Source of the DNA: Argiope bruennichi
Lineage: Eukaryota
Direction: 5' to 3'
Assembly (NCBI RefSeq): GCF_947563725.1
Contig: NC_079163.1
Location: 54,630,922-54,694,921, forward strand
DNA: 64,000 nt
Positions 49,722-62,200 of the stretch are shown here, piece by piece. Position 1 is the stretch's first letter. Every line of letters starts with the position of its first letter. The position numbers were made by a program, and so were the translations under genes. The notes below the pieces were generated by a model. The model was not told the origin of the DNA. It did no database searches and saw nothing but the letters and a program-made list of their open reading frames with translations.

Positions 49722-49871
<150 letters not shown>

Positions 49872-50519
49872 CTTATGGCACATTAAAAGCCCAGTTATCT
49901 GTCATCGATTTAAGCCGAGTGAGCGTGTCTTGTTTTTTCAGTAGGGCCAAGAATACGACTTAGCTGCTTCATGCGCCACATTCGCTTACACAACCCCTTT
50001 CTACAGAGTGTGTGTGTGCACATTCACTTCAAATAGGTGAAAAAATTCTAAAAATCGAACTCGACAACTCAAATAACATTTTTAAATGGGAGAAATTTTT
50101 TAGCTAAATTTCTAAAAATAAATTGAATACATTAAGATTTTAAATCATTTTTACCGAACACATTATTTCTATACAATTATAAAGCTAACACCACAAATTA
50201 TTCGATACTGTGAAATACTTTTTTGATATTTTATAAGATTGTACAATTTGCATATAAAACTATAAAAAATTTAACTTGTATAAGAAATGAATCGCCACTC
50301 GTCCTCCTTCAAACGATCAGGTAAATTAAGATTGATTGATTGATTAATTCATCTGATTAATCAATTTCATTAAATAAATTACAATACTTTTAATTCATTT
50401 TTTAACTTTCTCGTATGCGCAGTATATAGAAGTATAGGAATCTTTAAAAAAATTCGAATTCTAGATTTTGACGAATCTCCACATTTTAAACCTCCATGAG
50501 TTCAAAAAACACATTTCTG

Positions 50520-50720
50520 GAAAATGTCCGTCCGTCCTTCTTTCTGTGACAAATATAACTCAAAAACGCTTTGATCTAGAGGGTTGAAATTTGGTATACG
50601 GTCTTTGCACAAAATATGCAGAATCAATTTTTGAAAAACTGTGTTTGCCCGGCAATTCGAATATAAATTAACACGATAATTACAAAAATGAAGGCATGGT
50701 ATATGTAGTAAAAACGTGAA
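50520..50720 (+). repeat. interspersed repeat family D, copy 2
   Basis: See 44085-44480. Confidence 0.5.
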
Positions 50721-51012
50721 ATTAACACCAAAAGTTAATATTTCGTATCTATTGTACGTCAATGCCATGTGAAGCATTCTCTGTTAAAAATGTTAAATTC
50801 ACGCCAAAAGTTAATATTTCGTAACTATTGTACGTCAATGCCATTTGAAGCATTCACTGTTAAAAATCTTAAATTCACGCCAAAAGTTAATATTTCGTAA
50901 CTATTCTACGTTAATGCCATGTGAAGCATTCACTGTTAAAAATCTTAAATTCAAGCCAAAAGTTAATATTTCGTAACTATTCTACGTCAATGCCATGTGA
51001 AGCATTCTCTGT
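50719..51012. repeat. 76-bp minisatellite, about 3.9 copies (unit AAATTCACGCCAAAAGTTAATATTTCGTAACTATTGTACGTCAATGCCATGTGAAGCATTCACTGTTAAAAATCTT)
   Basis: The period was measured as 76 bp: unit starts at 50719 and 50795. Confidence 0.85.
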
Positions 51013-51083
51013 CATGACAAATTTATTAGAGTATGCGAGAAATTTATGGAGAAGCCACTCACTCCCTCTGATTATTTACATGG

Positions 51084-51099
51084 GCGGGGGGGGGGGGGT
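51084..51099. repeat. poly(G)16 homopolymer
   Basis: Read directly. Confidence 0.9.
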
Positions 51100-52410
51100 C
51101 ATTAGTATCCAAAAGTGATTTTATCAACAACATGACTTATTAGAGAAATATTATGGCCTTTGTATAAATAATAGAGTAGGAAATAATATTTGCTACAAAT
51201 CCAATATTCCTAACAAATTGAGTTTTCATGCTACTTCACAAATTCAGTGCTCGATTCCAAACAACTCAATTCAATACAGTTATCTGCAAACACAGACGAT
51301 AATGTGTTTTCATACATTATCGTAAACACCATCAATAATGTGTTTAAAGGTCACATATATATTAATTATTCGCTTGAATTTACATGTTTCTTTGTCAACG
51401 GGTTAATCCAATGGCACAAACACTTTCAGATGGAAGCCGTCGTTGGATAACCCATTTCGCTTTCAACACAACCTTTCTAATTCCATTTGCTTACAAATTA
51501 ATCTATTCAAGTCTTCCAGGAAACGATTTCGTGTCTCTTTTCAAAGCAGCCCATATAAATTATTCCGAATTAATTCCACAAATTAAATCGCAAATCATCG
51601 CGACGAATTCGATATCTAAAATGTGGTTTTTCGAAAATCTCGGCAACACTTATAAACAATAATCCTTATCAAATGAGTTAATACCTTAATCATGGTATGA
51701 ATTCTTTTAGGGACCTTTTCACTTTTGCCACAACATATTCGCGGCGATGACAATGCAAGGATTTCGGATATTTTTATCTGAAAACGAATCTGCTTTGCAT
51801 TCGCTTTTCAGAGTCATTAATTTCTCAGATCCCCGTGAAAGAATTTAAGATATTTCTAACGCGTTGATTATTAAGAAAGCTCGTTTTAGAAACAAACATC
51901 ATTTATTTTCGCTAAAAAGATTTTCATTGTTGTCCGATTTTGTTTCGAATCGACTTTTGAAATGTAAACGAGGTGGTGTTAAAGTTCGTCTGGAACTTAA
52001 AATGCTTGTAATTTGTGGTAAGTGTAGCATATGAAATAGTAAGAAATAGTCCGTGAAATGGTTTTAAAAGCTTGATATATCTCTTTGTATTTACATATTT
52101 TAATTTTATAAATTTTATTTGAAAATCACTTACTGAAAAATAACTTATCAAGATCTCCATTAATTCATGACTTCACCAGAACAGGAAATAGTGTTATTTG
52201 ATCGTTTGAGTAAAAATATACCTCTATTGTTGAAAGAAACTTGAAAGACAGATTAGATACGAAATATTATATAAAAATTCTACATATAAGTCGATCCAAA
52301 AACAATTTTTCTTTGCTATGAAGCCCTTTCTTTTCTATAAAAAGTTAGACGCACAAAGCTTTTAAAACTACCATACAGATTTTTTTTCTAGTACATATAA
52401 AATTATAGCA

Positions 52411-52685
52411 GGACCGTGGTGGCCTGATGGTAAGGTATCGGCTTCAGAACCGGAACGTTTCAGGTTCCAGACCCGATTCCACCAAAGAACCGTCGTGTAA
52501 GCGGGTCTGGGGCAGGTTAAATCTGTCGAAGCCAAACGTCCTCCCGCTGGCGTGGCGTGAAAGCTTGAGCTGGCACCTCAGGTGTCATCCTCGTCCGCTG
52601 ACCGCAGTTCAAAATTACAAGATCCGTCCTAAAAAAAAACTTAATGTTGCTTTAAAAAGAGACGTTAATATAACTATACTAAAAA
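52411..52685 (+). mobile_element. SINE family 1, full-length copy
   Basis: GGACCGTGGTGGCCTGATGGTAAGGTATCGGCTTCAGAACCGGAACGTTTCAGGTTCCAGACCCGATTCCACCAAAG...GGTGTCATCCTCGTCCGCTGACCGCAGTTCAAAATTACAAGATCCGTCCT...GTTAATATAACTATACTAAAA. The A and B boxes are intact. Confidence 0.8.
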
Positions 52686-53891
52686 TATAATTTCTGCAAA
52701 AGTTAGACACACAGAGCTTTTAAATCCATTATATAATTTTTTCTAGCACTTATTATAAAATTATAACAACTCGATACTGCTAAAAATTATCTACACACGA
52801 AATATAATGTCACATCTAAATGATTCTTATTAAAAAAAATACCGAAAGAGTATGTGGTATGTATTGTTTGCTTATATGCACACTCAATATAAGGATACTG
52901 TCACATCTAAATAATTATTTAAAACCGAAAGAGTACTTTTATGTATCCTCCCATATTATATTTTGTTTGTTTGTTGTAATCACATATAACCTATATTTTT
53001 GAACCTTCATCAAAAGTAAACGAATAGGAAGATTTTAAATACTGATATAATTACTTTATAGATAATTAAAAGTAATGAAAAATAAACCCCAATAAAAAAA
53101 AATGTCCTGCTTTTAAAGAATGCACATATAGCAAAGTAAAATTTGACAAAACTTTGCCAGGTTTTAAGGAGTTTTAGAAAACTTTCTTTTAAATTTTGGT
53201 GGAAGCAACCATAACCCCAAAACGTTATAGCTGCAAGTTTCGGTTTTCGATCACATGATGGAGAATGATTTTATTTGTTTAAAGATTGGAAAGCTCAACC
53301 ATTCCGAAAGGGTCGTCTGTATTTATCATTTAGAAAACTCTGGAGAAAAGAATAGCTTATTTGTACTTTATTTATCTTGTAGAATACGAATTGCAATTAT
53401 CCAAAGTACTTTTTTTTTATGCCAAATGCCGTAATAAATTGAATTTTTCAGAATTTCTGTGGATTTTCGGGTTTGTAACAAACAGTACATAAAATAAACT
53501 TTTTAAATGACGTTTTATCAGTGTTTAAAAAAAGAGAGGATTATCAGATATCTAGAGATAAAAAAATCATAAAAGCGTGCGGCGCAAATAGAAAAGCATT
53601 AATTTGGAATTATAGTAGTATTTATAGCATTTTAATTTTCATATAACGAATACTTGGAATTTTTTTTTTTCTTCTCCAGTTGTTTGCTATGTTTTCTGCT
53701 TTTACGATTTTTGTTTCCACTTCCAAATTTGTCTAAAAAAAATTACTTTTCTTTTCCAATACACTGATATAAGAATTTTCTTTACGTTTATTGATATATT
53801 TTCAATTTTATTTTTTATCTTTATTTGTTGTAATATTCATTGTGATTTAAGAAAGACAAGCGCAGACACAATAGCATTGCAGTTGCAGTAC

Positions 53892-53948
53892 GCATTCTAG
53901 ATTACATCCATATTCAAAAGTTAAGAATATGGATGTAATCTAGAATGC
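53892..53948. repeat. perfect 24-bp inverted repeat with a 9-nt spacer (hairpin)
   Basis: GCATTCTAGATTACATCCATATTC aaaagttaa GAATATGGATGTAATCTAGAATGC. The arms are exact reverse complements. A short TTACGATTGA x3 tandem follows. Confidence 0.9.
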
Positions 53949-55040
53949 ATGTTACGATTGAAGTGTGATTACGATTGAGTTACGATTTTCAGATAAGGTT
54001 TGGATGTCTTTTTATAGAAAGTTTGTTGACTCTTTAGAATCTAAACAGTCTATAAAATTTCATTATGAAGAAAATTAGCTTCTACTAATAATCTAGATTT
54101 CTCAGAACAAATATTCTATTCTTTCTTTATATTTAATATTCTACAAGAATAGTAAATATTTTAGTTTGCATTGGTAATATTTCAATTCTAAAAATAAAAT
54201 TGCTATTCTGATTCTCAGTTTCTTAATGTACTTTTTATCAAAAATATGGGTGCGAAAAAAAAAACCGCTTGAGATTTTGGTAGAAATAGGTAAATTGGAA
54301 TTTTAGTCATATTTAAAATATATTTCAATTGTCATTAATATCAAAAAATTTCCTTTTTATAATATATTATGACTTAATTTTTTATTTTAGTATTTAATTT
54401 TCAGTAAATCAACATCTTGCTTACTTGCTGCAATAGTAAAAAAAATTTATTTTCATTATTTCCTACTTTTTGGTCTTTATTATATTTCCTAATTCATGGT
54501 TCCAAATATTACGGGATTTAAAATTTATTATTTCTGAAATTAAATTCTAGATAGCTACACCGATATAAAATAAATTTTTAGCTAAACTATTGTATCAAAT
54601 TATAATTAAAGTCTCTAAAATTATTAAAATATTCTATTATCATCGGGAATCATTAACTGTGAAAAGTTTTTCATAATTCTAGCTCATGAACAAGTGAGTA
54701 AAAATTCGATTGCACATTCCCTCCTTCCAACTTAGAATAAAGAATGTAATTCAAAGTTGAGTAAAACTTTCGAATAAAACCGAAGTAATAATTCAATTTT
54801 AACTGTACAAATCTTGTCTTATTTATAAAAATTGTCATTCACCAAAACTTGACATTTGAGCACATTTGACTCTATTTCTAAGATAAAAAGGAACAGAAAT
54901 GAAGGAATGAATTTCTACAGAAGTCTATTTATTAAAAAAATTATTCAAAGAAAATATCAATACAATTTTAGAAAATCTATCCCACCAAATATTTTCATAT
55001 TACCATTTTAGATCCATATAAAGGATTCATCAACTGTCAA

Positions 55041-55120
55041 ATGTTTAGGAGAAGTTGTTTTCTAAAATGTTTAGGAGAAGTTGTTTTCTAAAATGTTTAG
55101 GAGCAGTTGTGTAGTTTTAA
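55041..55120. repeat. 26-bp tandem repeat x3 (ATGTTTAGGAGAAGTTGTTTTCTAAA)
   Basis: Read directly. Confidence 0.85.
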
Positions 55121-56068
55121 AATTTAGTCCCTTGTCCACCATTTTTTCCCCTCCTTTCTTTCCATTTTTCTGAAATTCACGCTTCTTAATTTTCATTGAA
55201 GTCATTTCACTTTTCACCAGTGCAAACTTTAAAATAGAAAAATCTCCTTTCACCTTCAAATCCATAAACAGTGTTCAGACATGTGAATATCATAAAATGA
55301 AATTTTATATTTTAAATTGTCACAACTTCAAAACTAACGAAGAATTTAGATCACTAATCCTTATTTAAAATGTCAGATAATGTGTGTTTAAAATATAAAC
55401 TTACCTGGGAAAGGGATTAACTATCATCCCAAGGTATTATTGCTAAGAAGATTTGGGGAGATTCGTTAAAAGACCACTTAAACCTACCAAAAGTACTGAG
55501 AGTCTATTTTTGTTATTAGTTGAGAGATAATAATGTCATCTGTATAACTTAATAACCCTGACGTTGATTGATTGTAATCTGAAAACTGTCAGCTTTCGCT
55601 ATTAGCTAATCGAGTGAATAATATGCCCCCCCCCCAAAAGGAGGGGGGGAGTACTTTCTCGTCCCATTAGGCTTAATCGTCTCTCATTCAGTGATATATT
55701 TGACATTGCTAGAATTTTAAGTAAATTATTTATGAAGATTTTTTTTCAATATTTGTGTCTTATACATTTGAACAAAACTAATATTTTGAAATTTTGTACA
55801 AAATACACACAATTGGGCATTCTAAGTTAGGTGGTAGTGCTCAATTAACATAGAATTGATCAGAACTAAAATATTAATTAAAAAAATCAGAAAAAATGGT
55901 ATAAAAATAGACACAGTATGGCTATAAAATGAACCTATCTTGTTTAGAAGCCTCTTTAGTTAAAATTAACGAACGAAATAAGATAAAGTTTTGTGGAAAC
56001 ACTTTTGAAAACACTTGAAAGGGAATCAAAGCGAAAAAGATCGATTATTTACACTTTTGCAATGTATG

Positions 56069-56312
56069 GGATTATTAACCCTTTGCGGTCGGAAAGGTAA
56101 TTCGATGCACAATTATTCACTTAATGCATGGACCTGTTTATTACACCAAAATATAAATTCATGCAACTGCTTTCAGTTGAGTTTCCCTGAAAAAGGAATC
56201 TGTATCATTTTAACATTTTGTAGGTATTCTTAACCATTAAATTTTTTTTTTAAATGTCAAAATGATGCACCATTTTGAATGGTGGTTGAGGAAGACACTC
56301 GACTGCAAAGGG
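56069..56312. mobile_element. piggyBac-like MITE variant (244 bp; TIR CCCTTTGCGGTCG ... CGACTGCAAAGGG) flanked by TTAA
   Basis: TTAA lies at 56065-56068 and 56313-56316. The 13-bp terminal inverted repeats have one mismatch. The CCCTTT terminus is shared with the MITEs at 1766 and 29019. Confidence 0.55.
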
Positions 56313-58683
56313 TTAAAATCTGAGATTGAGTAAGCGATAGCCATATTTACATGCTTGCTGAAAATTACTCTCATGATGATGAAAATAAATATTTCACAAT
56401 TTCATTTCAAATTCTGAATACAATAATGTTGCTATTTTTTCATAATTTTCTGCCAACGATACGTACCAAATGCATCAAAGCTGCAATATATGCAGTTTTC
56501 CGTACTTTTCTCAATGCAAGATTGCTGTACTTGGTGGTGCATTTACTCACATAACCCACATATTAAACAAAATTGTCTTTGAAAGTGAACATAATGATGA
56601 TATGAAGCAGACAGAAAATATTTATAAGCATATACAAAAGTAAAGATATTTATTTCAATTAAACTGTGCTACTATTATTTATTTTTCTTTTTATTGTTTT
56701 AATTACTAGAGCAATGAAAAAGATATTACAAGTGCAAATACATTCATTTATATGATGCTTATAAATCTATATTAAATGCTGTGTTATGTGGTAAAAATTT
56801 ATTTAATGGCGCATTTAAGGAATAAATATGTATTAAGAGCTTTTATGTGTTGAAACAGGAAAGAAAAACTATTTAATTGCGGATGTTTATGATTGTAATT
56901 AATTTGCTTTATTATAAGAGTAAAAATGTTTTTTATCTATTACTGACCTAGATAAGCTATAAATTTTTATAAACGTTAAATAGTTATGTAAACATTTTAT
57001 GTTTAACTAAGAGTATTCATAAAATATTTTTAGATTAGTATAATCAAAAACATTTCAAGTTAAAGTGGACGAATTTTTAAAAGTAAGCAATTATTTAGTA
57101 ATTGCGTCTTCATATACTGACAACAATCCACTTTATTTTGCTGTCTCCTTTCAAAAAACCTTAAAATTTCATGCAGAAAAAAATAGCAACGAATTTTGCA
57201 AAGAATCTTAAGAAACTTAAAAGAAAATACGAAGAAGAAGAAAGAAGAGTTTATAATGTCATCAGCGATAGAAAATATGTTTTAAATAAGAAATTTTAAA
57301 CAAAATCAACGCCATAATTAAAACAAAAACATTTCATGTATTTTGCACTGAATACTATTAAAAAATGTCGGAAGCCAATTTTTTAAAACAGGTTTTTCCT
57401 TTTATGCTGAAAACAAATATTTATTTTAATTATCAGCATTTTAAGTTTTAATTTATCATAAATATCGCAAAATTTTGATGATTTTCAAATTACCCACCAT
57501 GGGGCGCCACTCGAAAAGAATAAAAATTTCATTAAATAAATTAACTTATCAAAATCTATAAATATCAAAATACTACACAGTCATCAACAACGTTTAAGTG
57601 TGCAGAATTTCGAAATTCTACCACATAAAGAAGCGAGTGAAAATCGATTACAGACTTCCATCCTAACAAACATGGAAATTAAATAAATGTATATCAAATT
57701 CATAATTCCCTTGTCGTAGCAAAGCAATTTAAAGCATCCTGTAATGAGTATTGTTAAAACAAATTGACGTTGTAATTAAATTATTTCATAATAGATAAAA
57801 CCTTATCTGAATAAACTAAAGCCATTATGGCTTGAGCACAATAAAGCGTCAATGAGATTAACATCAGTTCTCATTTAAACACTTGAAAGATTTGTAAGAC
57901 TGTTTTTATTGCCATAATTACCCGTTCAAAGCGACTCAACAACTAAGAAGGGGCCAAAAAAGTTAAAAAACACATTCTGAATGCCGGGAAATGCGATTAT
58001 CGCGTGACCCATCTCACCAAGTGAAACATCAAAAACTCTTTCAAACGAAGAAACGCTATTCAGCAAGCGTTGACGCTTCCGAAGACTGAATAAAAAGAAT
58101 TTGTTTTGTTACTTGAAAGATAAACAGCAAATCGAATAACAGAATAAACAAAACTATCAATGATGTCGAGGAATAAAGAGTACCAGTTTTTTATAGTTTA
58201 TAATAATTTCACAAATAAAAAGATCATTCATACATTGTGTTCTACTTTTTTTCCTTTTTAATCCTTTTAATTATACTCAAAACTAAAGTTTGAAGCATAT
58301 TTTATCAAATCTATTTATTTTCCAGTTTTAAATGAAAGAAATTTAATCGTTGTTTCTTTTTCTTTTTTCCTTTTTATTATTTTTTTAATTCTGGAAACGT
58401 TATCAAATGATAATTTTTTTATTATTGAGACGGAAAGGAATTCATAGTTAATTCTCTTTTAATTCAGCGAAAAGACTGTTTTCGCTAAGTGTATTTGAAA
58501 TTGCAATTAATTAAATAAATAGTTAATTAGGCACGAAATTAAAAAAAATGTTAATAATACACACGGGGGGTTTTTAAACTTATAATTAATTATTGGGACT
58601 AAATTTAAACTTATTTTTGAAATGACCAATGACAAGTCACTTTCGGTGACAAGGTGTTCTCCCTTTATACCCTAGTATTTATT

Positions 58684-58841
58684 CATCATCATCATCATCA
58701 TTTCATTAATCATCATTATCATCATTTCATTAATCATCATTATCATCATTTCATTAATCATCATTATCATCATTTCATTAATCATCATTATCATCATTTC
58801 ATTAATCATCATTATCATCATTTCATTAATCATCATTATCA
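58684..58841. repeat. 24-bp minisatellite x about 6.5 (unit CATTTCATTAATCATCATTATCAT), preceded by (CAT)6
   Basis: Read directly. The ORFs at 58654-58926 on both strands are artefacts. Confidence 0.9.
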
Positions 58842-58931
58842 GGAAATCGTTATTTTTCAATTATTCTTACGCAATAAGCATAAAACATTCCGACTGGTTA
58901 GCTACGTTTGTAAAATTGCAAAATAAAGTGA

Positions 58932-59275
58932 TGAAATCAGTCGGGTTGTTGTGGCTAGGGTTCTGTCAAATTTTATTTTACAAAAACTCTCGAAAATGGT
59001 GGGTGGGGACAGTTGGTCATTGAGGACATAGCTGAGGAATTATGGACTTTCATATGAAATAAAACCAGGCGAAATCGGTAGAGTGGTAGTGAAGGGGGGA
59101 CTCTGTCAAGGTATAACCCCTGGTATAGAAGATGTGTTTAAGATCGAAAAGGTGTCTGAGATTTCTCAACACGTTTGATGGGAGGAGGGAAGGAGGTGAC
59201 TGTTAATGGCATATCTGGAAGTCATAAACATTTATATAAAATTGACGAAATCAGACTGGGAGCCACTTTCTTTAT
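58932..59275. repeat. old, diverged tandem repeat of about 165 bp (about 2 units), G-rich on the + strand
   Basis: Recurring landmarks are GAAATCAGTCGGG, GAAATCGGTAGAG and GAAATCAGACTGGG, and CTGTCAA...GGTGGG/GGGAGG blocks at about 165-bp spacing. Similarity is low, about 60%. Confidence 0.35.
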
Positions 59276-62200
59276 TTCACCAATTTATATAATTTGCCAA
59301 TAGGAAGGGTAGATGACAAATTAAAAGATTTCTTTTGATTTGTCAGAATTTTATTCATTAGTGAAAAAATACAATGTAATACAATGAATTCGCATTCTTT
59401 TTATGGAGAATCAAATAATTTAATTAAGGAAGTGCAGTTGATTTCAATTAATTGGGATGCAATGAAACTTGGCCGAATTCAAAGCCTTTCCAATTAAATG
59501 AATTCCCTGGTCATAAAATTAAAAAATAATTTTCTTTCCTTATTTTAATAAAATATTGAATAAAAAATAGATTGCAAGAAAATGAAAATGTGAATAAAAT
59601 CTAATGTAAATTGTAAAGTAAAATGATTTTTAGAAAATTTCTATACAAATGATAATGTACAGAATTCATAATGCTCATAAACAAACTTTTATTTTATTTA
59701 TTTATTTATTTTTGTTACGCCAGATGATTCCTTGTGTTAAATGCATTTAGCACTTTCGAATGCAAAGCGATATATGCTAAAGCTTCAAGTTAATTTAGTA
59801 GGATTATTTAATAACTGGCTACATTTTTACATGTTTATTAACTTTATTTGACGCAAATTTCTGGAAAATATCTATAACCTTCAGTTGTGTTTATTAACCT
59901 ACTTATAGATGATGCATCCCAACGAGAGTTACCTCAAATATGAAGATAAGATGCTACCAACAAGTAAGGCTCTTGCTTTCCTGGTGATAAGTATAACAAT
60001 TGGCATGAAAAGGAGTTGCCTCTACTCCGATAATGGATCGTACCCCTATCAGCCAGGTTAATTGTCGTGGTGGCCGGTCATTCAGATTATCCGGAAACTC
60101 AGACATTTTGGAAAGTAGCTTGCTTTGTGACTTGTGGTTGCAGGTGATGCAAATACTACTAGTGTATTCCTCCCCCCCCCATGAAAAGATCAGTGCTCAA
60201 TCGTAGTTTGTAATATCATACGTGTAATGGCTAGATTTACTATTAACACTTTAACGCATTGATATATCCTTTTATTATACATATTTATCTATCTCAAATT
60301 GCTTCATGTTCGTTCAGACGGGGTTTTGTAATCTGTTTTACACTTGCTGACAGACGCGATAGAGTTTTGAAATTGTTTATTGTGTTTTCTTGTTGACAAT
60401 GCAATATTTTATTAATTGCAGAAATTTATCCTTATTTAATCAATTAATTTAACAAAACTTTGATTCCTCATAAATGACGTAATTTGTTAGCATGTTTGAG
60501 GAAGACTGATTTCAGGATCCCATACCATTTATAACAGAAATTATAAATTAAAAGCTAAATATTAGAAAAAAAATTAAAATGAAAAACTGCTTTGTTGTAT
60601 TATTGAATGCGTATCTTCAAAAACTGTTTTTAGTATGTATAGAGACATGTAGAAATTAAACCTATGGTGTTATTCATATTTAATATTATACAAGGTACTT
60701 TTGATTAGTATTTTCTGATTTTTTATGCATTTTTTTAACATTTAATGGGTTTCCCACGGTTTCCATTTCCTCCTACTTACACCACTATTTCTCTATTCCT
60801 TTAAAAAGAGCAAAAGAAGAGTAATACTGTCTATATTATTTATTTATGTATGTTTCTGAAGGTTACTCTCCCCCTCACTAATGGTTTCGGTTTATATTTC
60901 ACATACTTAACTTTTTAGCTATAATTAACCATCCGCAACATCACTTCAAACTAAATAAAAACCATTTCGGTCATTATGCTGGGCACTATCATTTACCGTG
61001 TGCCTTTCCAGCGGGGTGCTTAATTAAGTTCTCTTTAGCCAGCATTTTTTATTTATTTATTTTTTGAAACAATTTCACTTTCGGTACACAATAAAAATCA
61101 TCAGATTGATTTGTCTTGCATTTTTGAAGACCATCATTTTTTCGTTTCATTGAATCATTACAAATACAATGAATACTTCTATACTGAATTTTATAATAGT
61201 TACTAATTATTCCTTTAGTTTTAATTGTTTATTTTACTGAATGAGTTCCTACATTTTTTTCACAATCATGTTTTTATGCTTTTAACTTGATGCAAATGAA
61301 ATAATATGCTTCGCACCATATGCTTCCGAGCCAAGTAGTTTGAGCGGGAAAATATTATTGGAAAAAATAACTTCAGAACGAACCAGAATGTGAAAAGAAA
61401 GAGAAATGATTTAAATAATCTTTATGAACATGTATAAGGAATAATATATGTAAACATAAATTGATTTGGAGTTAAATATTTTGATAGATAATATCAATTG
61501 TGTTTTTCATGAAGAAGTAAATATTAATGTTGTAAATATATTACTAGTTATAAAAATGCTAATGTTTCATAAGGAAAAAAAACATTCCTTGTATCTGGGG
61601 AACTCCACTGCCATACTATGAAATATAAACAAATTGGGAGAATATATTACATAATGTTTTAACTACTCCTCTCTTGTCAAAGAATAAACAGAATTACAAA
61701 GACGGTGTAACATCTGCCATTAATTTACACTGTATATTCATTTGAGGTAATCATAAGAATAAGAACAAAATGTTCTACAATATTGATAATGTGGATTCCT
61801 GAAGAATTTGTCTTTTATCCTGGACATTTTACTAATATAAGGGGCTTCCCATAATTTGCCCTTTTATAGCATTTACATACCATTTCTCTGATCTTTTGAA
61901 ACATGTAAAAGCGAGGTAATATTGTATATATATTAAATGAAGAATATCTCAAACCATCTGTCAAATATTTTCAAGCATATACAAAATTTAGTGACTTATC
62001 TCCTCATTCTGTCCAATAAACCATCTCCTCCGTTTTAATTACGATAAAAATTTAAATTTTATGAATGTCGGAGATTTGAATACCAGGTTGTTAATTCATA
62101 ATGTCTAATATTTGAACATTGCGCACGAAAGAATGCTTAGAATTAAGTGATGAAGATTTCGTTCAAGTTCAGATGTTTAGATTGCATATTGGATGAGAAA

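Noticed and set aside
58654-58926. ORFs encoding His-rich (HHYHHFINH)n and (MMINEM)n peptides
   Set aside because: They are translations of the 24-bp minisatellite plus the (CAT)n run. The 24-bp period keeps the frames open.
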